Shown: in pieces, positions 28,293 through 41,963 of the stretch | Layout: every line of letters begins with the position of its first letter | Position numbering within the stretch: position 1 is the first letter of the stretch | DNA from: Seison nebaliae | Lineage: Eukaryota | Length of the DNA stretch: 64,000 nt | Reading direction: 5' to 3' | Assembly: GCA_023231475.1 (NCBI GenBank) | Contig: JALJEE010002021.1 | Span: 1 to 64,000, forward strand | Translations under genes and position numbers: made by a program | Notes under the pieces: model-generated | Told to the model about the DNA's origin: nothing | Seen by the model: the letters and a program-made list of their open reading frames with translations, nothing else | Databases searched by the model: none

Positions 28293-31200
28293 TGCTTCAA
28301 AACTAATAAATTGGAGAACACGAATTGAACAAAAGAATGAGAATTGATAATTGGAGGATTTTGATCGAAATGGAAAATTGGAAAGTAAGATGAACAACTG
28401 AGGAAAATGAGAGTCATTGAATGATCTTGAGGAGGAGAATGCTAAAGGAGAATTTGAGGCGGAAATTGAAGAATGATTGTGAAAGAGAATAATTCTCAAA
28501 AATTAATTGTTTGTCGTGCTAATCAACTCGTGTTTCGAATGAATATGAAACGATTATCAGTAGCAGAAGAGGCGGAATTATATAAATTCGTCCTAATATT
28601 AGTTGAATATCATCAGTATTTATACAATTCTATTTACATTCATTTTAAGCAAAAGTAATCGACAAGAAATATCGAATTTTCCTGTTTCGTTTCTATCCCC
28701 CCGAAACGGCATAATAGACGACAGATGATGGTAAACGTGTAGAGGTTGGAGGAGAATCGACATAATCGAGTGAGTTTTTTTCAAAAAAATGACTAAGAAA
28801 ATAATGGTAATCATCGTTATCATGCTACAGTAACGACGTTATATTGATACGGAGACAACAAATTGACTATTTATTATGTTGAAACTTCAAATCGAGTAGA
28901 AAGCACGTTCCTTCTTCTACTTGATTTTCGTCTACTCTCTACTTTCATATTTGTTTATCTCTCCTCCTTAATAGTTATCGATCATTTTACTTATCTTTCC
29001 GTTTACTTCATCAATGGAACAAGTTATGTAGAATTCATCATCTCCTTTCTCTCCGACAATTATTCCCCACGAAAAACTTACCTACGATATTCGATTCCTT
29101 CTCTACCTTCTCTATATCGTCATTTAATATTTATAAGATAACAAACAAAAAAAAGAATACTTTTAATTCATTCCTCTCCTTAATAACATCTCATTATCAT
29201 CATCATTCTCATTATGAGATGAAGATTAATTTAAATTATTCCATATAACATTATTCATTGGAATCTCAGTGCGTTGGATGGACGAAAGAATGAGATGGAA
29301 TAATTGGAATAATTCCAATCAATTTCTGAATTGCGATTGAATTTGAGTAAATGTCATTGCAGAATTTATTAAACGAATAACAAAAGACGACATTCTATTA
29401 TCTTACTCCTTCAAAGAAACATATGAAAACGAAAGAGATTTACGACTGTGCCGAAAAAATGGTAAAAGTCGCTAATAACTAAATAAACATAATATATGAC
29501 GAAAGTCGATTTATAGCGAACGTGATCAGACAATGAATTGTGAGAATATTGTAAATATAGCGGTGTTCATCGAGTTAAATGAATCATCAGACGAAAAGGA
29601 AGAACATTCAATAGGAAACAGAAAATAATCTTCTCGACAACAGAAAGTAGTTGAGAAGAAAACGTTTCCTTTTTCACTTGTGACGATGATGGTTATGATT
29701 TCCATTCACTTTATCTTGATTCACCAATCAAAAGTGATGAAGATTTATCAATAAAAACGTTTCGTGTTGAAAGTGCTGGATGGAATTTTCGTACAAAGTA
29801 ATTCATCAAAAAATATGTGATAAATCGAATCCTCATTAATTTGACCTAAAAGTGTCAATGAATTTGAGGAGGAAGAAAATGGATGTTTAGAGTAGGAAAG
29901 AATAATATGTCAGTGAGTGCAGAAGGGAAACAAATGGAAAGTTTTAGCAAATTTCAAACAGATAGTCACGAATGAATCAGCTCATCGAATATCAGACGAC
30001 ATTCGGTATTAAGAAGAAAATCCTCGCATAACTGTCAATTAAAGGGGAAAAAAGTACCAACATTTTGGCATATGTCGTCCACGATAACTTACTTTTAGGA
30101 CGACGAATTTTCCTCTGATCCATTGGAATGTATGTGCGTTTGGCTACACTACGTTGTTTGTCTTCTCTGATAAGAGTTGTATCGGTGAATGACTTCATCG
30201 GGAAAACATCAGACGGGAAGCAGGTTGTTTGATAGTAGAATTCGTTCATGAACATCTCCTCGCATAAGGAGAGCGGATCGATTTTATCCAGTTCCATATG
30301 AAACACGAAGAGTCGAAAAGAAATTTTTTCGTATGAAATTAATTTCTCTCAAAATTTTATCGGAAAAGGAAATTGTCTTTGAATTTGAATGTTTTTGTCG
30401 GGAAGGAAATGTTCAATTTGGAGAATAAATGAATTCAATTAAATTTACTTGCATCAATTACAGTTGGAGTAGAGGATGATTAGAAGAGATCGGCACGTGC
30501 GATTTCTTCATAGTGACTAGAACCATTAAAAGCGACTTAGCAATAAATATTAATCATAAAAACATTAGTGAGCGAATGATGAGCATTCATTCGAGAATAC
30601 ATTGATTTCACTGAGAAATGGGGAACTAACAGAAAATCTATTCCGTTCATATTGATAGAGAGAAGGAAGACCACGACCTACTGGGAGAATTGAAGGTAAG
30701 GAGAGATAGAGATAAGGAGAACCACCTCTGACTGTCGAAGGAAATCATCGTCAGTTAATTTGTTTCTATACAATTCTCTTCGTCGAATGAAATGAGATGA
30801 ACGTCACGTTTTATTATTTGGAGGAATGAATTTATTAACATTTAACATTCTCCGACAGTTAGCTAATATGGAGGAATGAATAAGAACAACAATGAGAGAA
30901 TGCAACCAAGAGTTGATATCTGACAAAGATTTTCAAAGGAAAATTTCTAATATTTCTAATAATTTAAGTGTCTAATAAACACTTGGTCTAACTTTCTCGT
31001 CTTTTACACGCTCTCTGATGGAAATGTAACACGTTAAGGAAAGTTCACTAAGAATTGATGGGTAATCAGCGTTTTCACGTTAATTACTAGACGGAAATGA
31101 CTAAACAAATATTTCTTTTTTCATATCCGTTGTAAAAAAGTTGGGGGAACTTAATCTTAAAATTTATTTGTCTAACATGTCAACGAGAATGAAAAGACAT

Positions 31201-33225
31201 CAGTGTAGCTATTACAATTGGGAGTGAGAAAAAGAAAAAAAATTTATTACGTCTAATGAAATATGAATGTGTAATCGATTGGAATTGGATTTCTGTAATG
31301 AAGTCGCTTTGTGTGAGAAGAACTCCTTCGATCCCGAATATGATGAGAATGTATTCTGCCCTACTTTCCCATTCCATCCAGAATGGAAGATAATTGAGAT
31401 TGTATTGAATCTCATCTATCCCTCTATTCGCCCCACATTGTCTTCTTCGAATAATTTCGGATTAGCAATCCGATTCTACTTTTATCAGACAAATGACGAA
31501 TCTTTCATTGTTTTATGTAATTTATATTTTCCTCAAATTATTCATCAGACTAATTTTGTTTGTAAGAAAAATTAATTCATTCATTTTTATCCACGAAACA
31601 ACTGGAGAATTATGAGAAGATGTGTAATCGATTATCTCAATGAGAACAACGATCTAGAACGAAAGTGATATGAGACAGAAGATGAAGAAAATTGAATATA
31701 AAATTATGACGACCTACTTAAGAGAGTCGGTGGACATCTTGAACACCTATCAATTTTCAATAGAAAACTTATCTGATAATGATGATGGTAAAGGAATACT
31801 AAATGAAGATGTTCCTTCAAGACATTGATGATAATCATCGATATCATTCTCCCAAACGAATATGATGAGAAAAATATACAAATAACTAAAATCGTGTGAA
31901 CTAAAACGAACTAAACATAATGTGATGGAAAAATTTATTTTGAAACTACTTTTTTCTTTGGAATAATAAATATTAAAAAATTGGTAAAAAAAAACGGAAT
32001 AAGAACGGAAAAATGAGAAGACAATTTGATTGAATATCTATATAGATTAATTAATCCTCATAATTATGAGCATGAAAATTCTATAAAATATTTTTATTAG
32101 TTTTCCCCGTTCAGCTACTGGGAAATAAGAGTCCATTGAGCTAGCACATCCCAACGAATCATTTAAGAATTGGTTAATAAAAATTGTGGTAATTAGCATA
32201 TTGGTGGAGAAGTGTTTCGATTTTACGGATTAATGAAATATTCGTTTTTGTGTAGAATCCTTCATTTTTTATTGGACGAAACAACCACATAACATCTAAC
32301 CTTCCACATCGAATAATTTGAGTTAGTGAAAAGGAAGTCGATTAATTAATGAAGTGAAATATTCCTCTCTTTTCACGATTAGTTGATAGATGTGGTTAAT
32401 GGATAGGAAATGATAAGTAAGATGATAAATAACCGATCATTCATTACTCCTTCAAAATTCGATATCGATTGTCATTTGGTGTTAGGAACAACTTAGTTCC
32501 GAATCATTTGAAAGAATGATACTGGATAAATGGTGGAAAAGAATTCATTTCTTTATTTGCTGAATATTCGACTTGAGAAGAATTCTCCTTTCAATCAACT
32601 CCTTTTAATAATCATCACGAACGGTAAACATGATATCAACAGCTGATCGACCAACATTTACTATCCAATTCTCCTGAAATTGATCTCTTTCTTTGTTTCA
32701 TCGATATGAAACATAAACGTCCATTCCAGATGTTTCATTCTATTGTTACTATTAATAATCTCTTGTTCTTTCAATAATACCGGTGTAATGGTTGCGGTGG
32801 AAATTCTACCATAGAATTGATGCTTCTCATGTTAATTACATTGTTTATTCCCATTCTTCTTCTCATCACTTTGTTATTCTTAATAAATTTCGTTTTCCCC
32901 AATAATAAACTTTATCTTCTCCCAGATGAGAAATTTATTAATTTTTTTCAATTATTATTTTCACGAAATATTTCAATTGGAAAATATTTAGTTTAATTTA
33001 AAAAATAAAAATTTTACAATTTAAATTTATTATTGATAAATTGAATGGAAAAACAAATTTGGAGAAAATGAAAATTGAAATATGAAAAGTTTAAATTAAA
33101 ATGGAATATGTGATGATGGAATGGAATGAGAATACAAAATTGAGAATCAGTTAATTGTTTGGAATAGATGAGAGTATTAAAATATAGAAATAAAAGTAAA
33201 AAGTGTTATTGGAATAAATTATGAA

Positions 33226-34878
33226 TCAATAAATCCATGAGACAGGAACCCATTGAGGTTCGGCGTCCAATGCATCTAAAGCATTCAATAAATTTTGTAG
33301 CATCGTTTCCGGATCTTCAGTTTCTAGAATTAAATCGAATTTATGTCCATATAATTGTTCGATTTGTTCACTTTCCGCAATTTGCGCTTCCTCAGCAAAC
33401 AGATGTGGATGACTTCCATTGAGATTATGATATTTCTGGAGCGCATTCAAATTCTCCGTTTTTGGAACTTTCAAGAAAACGACAAACGGCATAAAACTGG
33501 AATTGCACAAGAATTTCAAAGATTGAGGTGAACAGTCAATGATGCACATTCGACTAGTACGAATAACTTGTCGGATGGTTTCGAATTTCGTCCCATAAAT
33601 ATGGTCGTTGTAATCGCCCCATTCCAGGAATTCATTATTGGCAATATCCTGTTCCAATTGTTCACGACTACTAAAATAATAAGCGATACCATTCTCTTCT
33701 CCATCTCGTATGGGACGGGAAGTAAACGGAATTGCAACATCAAATCGTTCAGGATCAATTTCCATTAATCTACTTTTAATGGTTCGTCTACCAGAACCTT
33801 TCGTTCCGATAAGAATAAGAGTTCGTCTTTTAAATGGTGGCATTCTGGCAACTTCCTCATAAAGAATAAGATCAGCATTATCCAAATCTGAATGATTTTT
33901 CGAACTGAATAATTCTTTTTTTTTACGTCTTTTTTCGAACAATCCGCACAAATATGAAACTTTTGAAATATCTTTATATGGTTCGACGAATGCTTTCCGT
34001 CTCTCCTCCAAATATCGAGATGGTATTAGACCTTTCTTTGACGGATCTCGAAATAGACAAGCTTGCCACCAATGAATATCTTCCTGAGAAATGATATGAA
34101 GAATATCACCTCGATTAAATGAGAGACCCACATTTTTTGATGGAATTAATTTATCATTACTTGGATTATAAGAAAAATAAGCTTTGACATATTTTTGAAA
34201 AGTTTGAGACATTTCATAATAACTCGGAATCACTTTAAATGTTATACTCGTTTCCGCTTCATTCATCACTCGTTTCAAATCGTCTGGTGATTCCACTTCG
34301 ATTCCATTCACTTCTTTAATAATATCACCAATATGTAACATTCCATGACGATCGATCATTCCACCTTCGATAATTTTAGCAATTTCCAATTCGTTATTAT
34401 CATTCGTTCGAACGGTAATACCTAATGGCTCATTATTCACACGTTGTAATCCAACAAAACGGATTTGTGTTTCATCTCCATTTTGATCATTCACATATTC
34501 CGAAGTGAATTGTGGTGATGTCGAATGATTAGTCGATGACACTCCCATATTCCATTTACCGAAAATAAATGGAATAACTGATAATTCACTACTCCTTATC
34601 GGATTGTTGTTGTTGTTGATGATGGTATTGTATGAATTGAGAGATTGTTGCATTTTGAATGTTTCCAGACATTTGATTAATTCACTCGCGTATTGTCGTT
34701 CATACGATTCTTCGGGTGATTGACAATAATTCCCTAACGAATCAACAATCTCTTTCAGCAATTGAAGCACACCATCATATTTCCGATCGTAACGATCGAC
34801 TGGAACATGTAATCGTTCAGCATTCAACATATTCTGAACCATTTCCTCATTGGAAAACATGGAATTCATCTGACTCAT
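33226..34878 (-). CDS. p55-subfamily MAGUK (MPP2/MPP6/varicose-like; PDZ-SH3-HOOK-GuK), intronless
   Basis: EPLGIT...GDIIKEVNG PDZ, SH3 (GLSFNRGDIL...WWQA...GLIPS), basic HOOK, GuK (PFTSRPIR...YGTK) and C-terminal PQWVPVSWIY. Confidence 0.92.
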   Translation of the reverse strand: MSQMNSMFSNEEMVQNMLNAERLHVPVDRYDRKYDGVLQLLKEIVDSLGNYCQSPEESYERQYASELIKCLETFKMQQSLNSYNTIINNNNNPIRSSELSVIPFIFGKWNMGVSSTNHSTSPQFTSEYVNDQNGDETQIRFVGLQRVNNEPLGITVRTNDNNELEIAKIIEGGMIDRHGMLHIGDIIKEVNGIEVESPDDLKRVMNEAETSITFKVIPSYYEMSQTFQKYVKAYFSYNPSNDKLIPSKNVGLSFNRGDILHIISQEDIHWWQACLFRDPSKKGLIPSRYLEERRKAFVEPYKDISKVSYLCGLFEKRRKKKELFSSKNHSDLDNADLILYEEVARMPPFKRRTLILIGTKGSGRRTIKSRLMEIDPERFDVAIPFTSRPIRDGEENGIAYYFSSREQLEQDIANNEFLEWGDYNDHIYGTKFETIRQVIRTSRMCIIDCSPQSLKFLCNSSFMPFVVFLKVPKTENLNALQKYHNLNGSHPHLFAEEAQIAESEQIEQLYGHKFDLILETEDPETMLQNLLNALDALDAEPQWVPVSWIY

Positions 34879-35291
34879 CTTCTCTCATCAAATTACTTTT
34901 TCCTTTTCCTCTTTATTACCAGATGTACATCCGTCTCTATTGTCACTCGTCTTTGTTTACAAACTCAATTTTATCAAAATACAAAAGAATTTTGATATAA
35001 GCTTAACTTTTGAATAAATCAAAAAAGTTAAACAAAATTTTTTTTTCAAATTTTCCAACGTTTATTGATAGGATATATGAATTGAGGATATATGGTAGAA
35101 TTGAATATCAGATTATTATTTAAAAGAAATTTATTGTTAATAAAATATTCAATTTTTCGTGCAATTTTCATGCACTAAATCAGAACTTTTTAGTTAATCA
35201 CTAATATTTAATTAATAATAACTTATTGTAATATTATATTAATAATTAATTTATTGGAATTGAAGAGAAATAAATGTTGGGAATAAAAGAC

Positions 35292-36634
35292 TCAAGTGGA
35301 ATGGAATCTGGAAATGAATCCATTTAATTTTTTTTCGAAATTGTCAAATGAAAATTGATCAGCTTGTTGAATACATTGCTCCTTCATCGATTTACTCTTT
35401 TCCACTGCTTCATCCATCATTTTCGCCCATAATTCCACATTCGGTTCACATAACCAACCGCCAATATGAGCTACGGTTTCCAGAGGTCCTCCCGACGTAC
35501 AAGCGAGAACTGGTTTACCGTTCGCCATCGCCTCTAACGGAACAATTCCAAAATGTTCATTTTCAGGAGTATAAACAAGAAATCGACAATTTCTTAAGAG
35601 GAAATCTTTCTTCTCATTCACAATCGATTTACTTAAATGAATTTTCTTCTTAATCTTCTCATTCAAATTCCAATCACTATCAATCAAATCCTCCAACTCT
35701 TTCTTGTATTCGATATTCTCTTGACATAACAAATCATATCCTCCAATATGCAACAAATGAATATTATAATTTTCATGACTTCTCATCAATCCGAATGCTT
35801 GAATGGCCAATCCGATATTTTTCTTTCTTTCATATCGATTTATTGAAAGAACATAAATATCTGATTCATTTAACACTTCTTTCTTGAATATCATTTCATT
35901 CATTTCTTTCTTTAAATCTTCAGTGAAATTCTTTTTGAATTCTTTCTGAAATGTCGGATAAAGAATCTCAATTTGTTTCTCATTCAAATTTGGAATTGTC
36001 TTCAAATAAGTTTCCTCTACAAATCGAACGACGAATTAAATTAATTGAATGAATTTTGGGAAACTTGTAAATTTACTGTTGGCGAGAATTAAATCGGATA
36101 ATCCTGTCGTTTTCACTTCCAATAGATCGATGAAGAATCGATAGAATTTATGAAAAACATTTGATCGTTCTACACACAATAATTGATCAGGAAAATGTCC
36201 ATAATAAATGACCGGTTTCTTTGATAATTTCAAAAACGGAATACAGACACTAATCTAAAGGAAATTTATTTTAATCGATTGATGGAATTGTTAACTTGAT
36301 CACAAATAAATAAATCCGTTTGATACCAATTCAATAAGATTCCAATGAGACAATAAATGGCACATAATATCATTCGAATATATGTACACAAAGCAATGAA
36401 ATGACCGAATATTGATAAGGGAATTAAATTGATGATTGTGGGAACAGTAATATCCAATTCTTTCGAATCAATGAAACAGTAATCAGGATCATATCTTCCC
36501 GTCACCATTCGAACAGAATGACCACTACTCTCTAATGCATGTGCCACATCCAAAATCAATCTTTCCGCCCCGCCAATGCCCAAATTTGGATGGACAATTG
36601 TACAATTTTTTTTCCCATTTTTCCTATTCTCCAT
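35292..36634 (-). CDS. ALG2: Alpha-1,3/1,6-mannosyltransferase ALG2, 3 exons
   Basis: HPNLGIGGAERL, YGHFPDQLL, LSINRYERKKNI and YTPENEHFGIVPLEAM motifs; introns 36295-36255 and 36064-36017. Confidence 0.95.
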
Positions 36635-36944
36635 AATATATTACGTATATTTAGTTAATTCATGAGCTATAATCTTAAATTTGAAAAATTTGAAATTTCT
36701 TCTTTTTTTCTTCAATTATTCATGCGAACAAATATAAAGTCTAATCATTCAAATAATATCCAAAAACTTTTTTTTATGAATAAATTTTTTATAATTTTTT
36801 GAATTCAAAATTTTTTCAAAAATTTCTTTTAAGAACAAATTTTTTCATATAACGCTGGAGATAAGATGATACATTTTATTTATATATTTAGAAGTTATTT
36901 TAAAAAAAGTTTCTTTCAATTGGAAATTACAAATTACTCGTATC

Positions 36945-39900
36945 TTATGATAAAGATTTGGGAATTTGGTCTTTCTTCTTTCTTCGCAATAAACGATTTT
37001 CTTCTTCGACATCCGCACAAGTTTCCTGATAGCGAAAAATGAGTTCATCAGTCAATTTCTTATCGGTAGCGAACGATTTAATTAAACTTTTGAACTGATA
37101 ATTTAATCGGTCCATTGTTTTCCTCGAAATCGTTTCAACATCGTCACCATCCATTTCATCATCATCATCATCATCATCGTTACCATCATTTCCATTAATA
37201 GTATTATCATTTCCATTAATAGTATTATCATTATCATCAATTTGATTATTATTCGTTTCAGTGTTAATTTTTCGTTTTTTTTCTGCACCGTTATCAGTGT
37301 TTTTAGTCGATTTGATATTAATAATTTCGATATTGTTCTTATGCATTTGTCTCGATATTCCATTAGTAGTATTTTTTGGAATTAAATTATTTGGCATGAA
37401 ATTTTCATTGAAAGTTGTTGAAATAATTTTGTAATTCGGTTTCGAATTTTCTTCTTTATTCGAAGACGATTCTTCCATTTGTTTATTCACTTTTCCCACT
37501 TCAATTTTCGTCACGTTAATTGTCGATGTATTCGGTTCTATATTCTGTATATGATTTCCAATAATTCTATTCGTATTCAACTCTTTTTCTGTCCTCTTCT
37601 TATTGTTATTCGAACGATTTTTCGACGGTGAATTCTGATGTTGTTTCAATGAGAATTTTCTACTTTTTGAATTTTTATTTTGATCTGTTTTCTCATTCGA
37701 TTTATCTTTATCCTTATTATTAGTGATGGGGAGGACATGTTTGGATGGGGAAGTATCGACATTGAACATGGTTGTTAAATCTTCACAAAATTTGTTTGAA
37801 TTTAATCTCCAGGAAACTTTATTGAAAAACAGATGAATGGTGAACATGAATCGATTGATGATATCTGTCGTATTTAGAAAAATATAATTGGATCTTGTTA
37901 TTGGAAAATTAGTTTTCGGTTCCAAATCTTTCCAAATTGGAGTGTTTTCAATATCCGTTTTACCCGAATATAAATGTTCAGGTATGAGAAGAACGTCATT
38001 GGAATAATCGATAAAATCACAATGATTCATTTTATAAATTAATCGATAAAGAATATCGAATTTTTTCAATGATAAATAAATTTCATCATCTTTAAATTCC
38101 AATTCTAATAATTCTGTTATAGAATATTCTTTCAAATCCAAAATATTTTTCAAATCTTCTAATTGTCGTTCTAATGATTCATAAAATTCTTCTTCGATAT
38201 AATTCTTCAAATCTTCTTCTGGTAATGTCAAATCTTTCTTGTTATTCGGACAAATGGTATTGAGTAATCGTTCGATGGTATATTCGATATTCATCTCATC
38301 GATCATATCACGATCGACGTCATTGAGAAATTTATCGATTTGAAATTCCAATTCTGACATGATGGTAGCGGAGACATGACGAAAAATACTTATTCGAAGA
38401 TTCTTCATCGATTGTTTATTCGTCAATAATTTATTGAGAATTGGGAGAAGTCGATTAAATTCGTCATTCTCTTTCTTCCTTGTTGCTCGTTCACTTAATG
38501 GATTTGGATTTCTTTTAAATTTTTGAATATTACGAACATATGTCAATTCTTTCTCATACAAATTCTTCATCTTTCGCAAATAAAATAATGATCGATTAAC
38601 TCGACATTTGGAACGGTAACGATGACGGAATAATTGAACGATCTTTTTCTGTCGATCGAAATAATGACGAAGAAGAACATCTTTATTTTCTAATTGTTTC
38701 CGTCGTGCATTGATTTCCATAAACCAACGACGGATCAATTGTCGTTTCTTTAATTTCCTCATTGAATTCTTCCGATATCGAACACCGATTAACGTCTTAT
38801 ATTTCTTGTATTGAGCGAGAGATTCTTCTCTCAATCGATTTTGTTTTTCTTCATTTGTTTCTTCTTCATCAATTGGTTGTCGTTTCTTTTTCTTCTTTTT
38901 CGCATCATCATTCGGTATATGACTCCTCAATGGTTTCACCATCACTTCTTTCTCAATATATTTTTTTAATAAATTCGGTCGATCTAATACTCGTTCGTCT
39001 TCCGGTCGTTTGACGGTTTTATACAAATCCTTCTCACCATTAACGGGCATTTTCCAATAAACAATTGGTTCATCAGTTTGAATGAATTGATTGATGGAAT
39101 TGGTATTCAATGCGGATGTACTTAAAATTCGATCAGGTTTTGTACTGTTAATTTTCATGAAGAATTTATGCTCTTCCAAATCCGTCATATCCTTCAATAA
39201 TCGTTCGATATAAGAGGTGGAACATATGAGAGATTGTTTAGTGATGGGAAATAATTGTTTACTTTGACGTAGTTTCATCCAATGGAGATATCGTCGTGTT
39301 ATCACTTTCGCTGTCGATGACATTTGTTTCCTCGCGATCAGTTTACTTTTGGCAACGGATAAATTAGCAGACATGGCACCATGGAATAAATCTCTTTCTA
39401 TGAATGACATTCTCAAACGATTTTGATCTTTCAACATTGTTCGATGTGAATGGGAAACGGGAAATGTGGTATATTGTGAGGTAACTTCCGATTTCTCATT
39501 ATCTAATTCCTCTAACCAAAGATTTTTTTGAGCGTTCACTGGCAGAATTGATCGATTATCGAATTTGTTCACTGGCTCGTCCATTTTATTCTTTTTGGTG
39601 AGAAGTGGATAAAATTTATCAAGAATCTTTCTCGTATTATCATCCAATTTCGTTTTCCGTCGGATGGTTTCCGCGATCAATTTCTTAATAATTTCCAATC
39701 GAGCTATCTCACCAATTTTCTCATCAGACGAATCTAATCGCTCCAATTGACGGACGAATGGTTCACCTTTCTTTCTATGTGATTCAAATGATGGAACTTG
39801 ATGATTATATTTCACTTCTAAATCGACTCGATCGATCAAATTGCCAATAACATCGATAACTGATGATCGAATCAATTTATCACAACCAAATCGTTTCTGA

Positions 39901-40760
39901 TGAGATTCTAAAGCAAATAAAGAAACGAATTTCAAATGTTCTCCATAATCATTAATTACACAATTATCACATTCATATACTCCATGATCATTCCTCGCAC
40001 ATTTCTCACTAACAACTGCATAATAATCGTGCATTGGCGGTGCAGTACATTCGGCGAATCCCAACACCGGCGCCATCGTCGTCATTGACCAATTTCGACT
40101 ATTAATATTATTGACATCAGGTTGATATAACGAAGAGAAATTATCACTAATCAACACACCATTTATCACCGTTCCATTCAAATTTTTATTATTGTTGTTG
40201 TTATTATTTTTTCCGTTTTTATTTTTATTATTTTGTTTCCTCTTATTTCTTCCTCCTTTTCTCACTTTTCCTTTACCTTGTCCATCTTTCGTTGTTGTTG
40301 TTGTTGTTGTTGTGTTGGTGAGAATTGGATTGGTAATTTCTGTAATTTTATTTTCTTCTTTTGGAATAATTCCATCTGATAATGCATTCCAATGGTAGAG
40401 ATTTCTTGTACAATGTCGATGTTTATCGTATAAATGTTGAGATAATGTGTAGTGATCGATGAACTTCAAATCACATCGAATACAACTGTGTGATGTCGTG
40501 TCGTGTAATTTGTAGTGTTCCAACAACAATTTGTGAGTGGCGAACAAATTACTACATTCCGAACAACGAAACTTTCCATTCTTCTTCAATATCGTTCGCT
40601 TTTGATGATAGAAATACGCCTCATTCTCATCAATCTTATATTCGTGTGTCACTTCGTTCGGTTCACTCTCGTGACCAGGATACGGTTCAATTATCGGTTC
40701 AAACCTGACGATCGGTTTACTCACTTTTTTCTTCTTTGTCGATTTACCTCGTGCCATCAT
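36945..40760 (-). CDS. Uncharacterised 1271-aa C2H2 zinc-finger protein with basic and coiled-coil regions
   Basis: Uninterrupted ORF; fingers FRCSECSNLF...HYKLH and CIRCDLKF...HLYDKH, plus a third CxxC...H-xxxx-C candidate. Confidence 0.8.
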   Translation of the reverse strand: MMARGKSTKKKKVSKPIVRFEPIIEPYPGHESEPNEVTHEYKIDENEAYFYHQKRTILKKNGKFRCSECSNLFATHKLLLEHYKLHDTTSHSCIRCDLKFIDHYTLSQHLYDKHRHCTRNLYHWNALSDGIIPKEENKITEITNPILTNTTTTTTTTKDGQGKGKVRKGGRNKRKQNNKNKNGKNNNNNNNKNLNGTVINGVLISDNFSSLYQPDVNNINSRNWSMTTMAPVLGFAECTAPPMHDYYAVVSEKCARNDHGVYECDNCVINDYGEHLKFVSLFALESHQKRFGCDKLIRSSVIDVIGNLIDRVDLEVKYNHQVPSFESHRKKGEPFVRQLERLDSSDEKIGEIARLEIIKKLIAETIRRKTKLDDNTRKILDKFYPLLTKKNKMDEPVNKFDNRSILPVNAQKNLWLEELDNEKSEVTSQYTTFPVSHSHRTMLKDQNRLRMSFIERDLFHGAMSANLSVAKSKLIARKQMSSTAKVITRRYLHWMKLRQSKQLFPITKQSLICSTSYIERLLKDMTDLEEHKFFMKINSTKPDRILSTSALNTNSINQFIQTDEPIVYWKMPVNGEKDLYKTVKRPEDERVLDRPNLLKKYIEKEVMVKPLRSHIPNDDAKKKKKKRQPIDEEETNEEKQNRLREESLAQYKKYKTLIGVRYRKNSMRKLKKRQLIRRWFMEINARRKQLENKDVLLRHYFDRQKKIVQLFRHRYRSKCRVNRSLFYLRKMKNLYEKELTYVRNIQKFKRNPNPLSERATRKKENDEFNRLLPILNKLLTNKQSMKNLRISIFRHVSATIMSELEFQIDKFLNDVDRDMIDEMNIEYTIERLLNTICPNNKKDLTLPEEDLKNYIEEEFYESLERQLEDLKNILDLKEYSITELLELEFKDDEIYLSLKKFDILYRLIYKMNHCDFIDYSNDVLLIPEHLYSGKTDIENTPIWKDLEPKTNFPITRSNYIFLNTTDIINRFMFTIHLFFNKVSWRLNSNKFCEDLTTMFNVDTSPSKHVLPITNNKDKDKSNEKTDQNKNSKSRKFSLKQHQNSPSKNRSNNNKKRTEKELNTNRIIGNHIQNIEPNTSTINVTKIEVGKVNKQMEESSSNKEENSKPNYKIISTTFNENFMPNNLIPKNTTNGISRQMHKNNIEIINIKSTKNTDNGAEKKRKINTETNNNQIDDNDNTINGNDNTINGNDGNDDDDDDDEMDGDDVETISRKTMDRLNYQFKSLIKSFATDKKLTDELIFRYQETCADVEEENRLLRRKKKDQIPKSLS

Positions 40761-41963
40761 GCATGAAAATTCTCCAGGTACCTAAACAATTCTAAAACTC
40801 AACACACCTGACTCAACTCCTCAATGACAAGAGAATAGAAATGAAAAATTTTATTTATCTTTCAAATTTATCTTCTCGTGTGTGTTAAGGAGGAAAACTA
40901 ATGAAGGAGAAATGAAGAAATAAATTGGGAGAAATAAGAAGGAAAAAAGAAATGAATTGGGAGAAATAAAGATTCAAATAATTCTTCTCGTCCGAGAACT
41001 TTGGAAAAAGTTTAAGGAAAGATATTTGTTGAAAGAATATTTTATTGGCAATACGGAAACTATAAATAATTTGTGAGAAGCGAATACGAATCGAATGTGA
41101 TGAATGTGTAAAAGATGAGACGTCAATCGAATCAACATTAGTTAATTACTAATTGTTCAGTCATTATGGAAAGTAAAAAACAGAAATTTATGCTACAGAA
41201 ATTTCTCAAAATTAACTTCCACTAAGCTTCAATTTATCAAAATTTGTGGTGGCTTTTTCAAAAAACTCAAAAAGTGATCGAAGAGAAAGAGAAGAAAGGA
41301 TCATATACGACAACGATCACTTTAAGATAAACCATGAAATTTCTGAAATATCTTCTCTTCTCCATTTCTATCCAAATTTCTTATTCAAATTAATAGTTTA
41401 ATTCAGTTCAATTAATTAAATATTTTTTTCCTCTGATAACATCATTATGATATCCCAAATTTGTTCATTTAACTAATCTTCTTCTATTTCCTTATTTCAC
41501 TAATTTTCCATTTTTGTTCATTTTCTTTAAATTTCCAAAAAAACATTTTTTATTAAACATATTTAAAAGATTGAATAAATTCCTAATGAATTTCGAAGAT
41601 AAAACTTGAGTGATCTTAAAAATTTGGAAAAATTTATAAAATTAATTCAAATTAAAATTATTCTCACAATATGATGATATTTCTCTGATATGTAGATGGA
41701 GATGGAATTGAAATAGATTAAGTTAAGTGAACGATTCGACAACTGAAATTGAATGAGGTGTCGAGTAGGAGGAGAATGATAAAGAGAAAGAATTACCATA
41801 AAAAGTAGAAATAATTAAAATAAATAAATTACGTCAACGTATAGTTATTATGACGTTTGGGAAAGAAACATAAGTTCTTTTAGTAACTAAAATTTCTACT
41901 CTTTCACATTTCACTACGAAACATATCTGCCACCGAAACATTTCAATATAACTCAATTAGCCA

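Noticed and set aside
29992..30306. 104-aa minus-strand ORF upstream of sim
   Set aside because: GTG start, no recognisable motif and no convincing splice partners.
28733..31082. About six ACGTG cores (Sim:Tango CME-like) and several GTGAGAA Su(H)-like sites upstream of sim
   Set aside because: A rough base-composition estimate gives 4-5 ACGTG cores by chance in this span, and GTGAGAA is common throughout the window.
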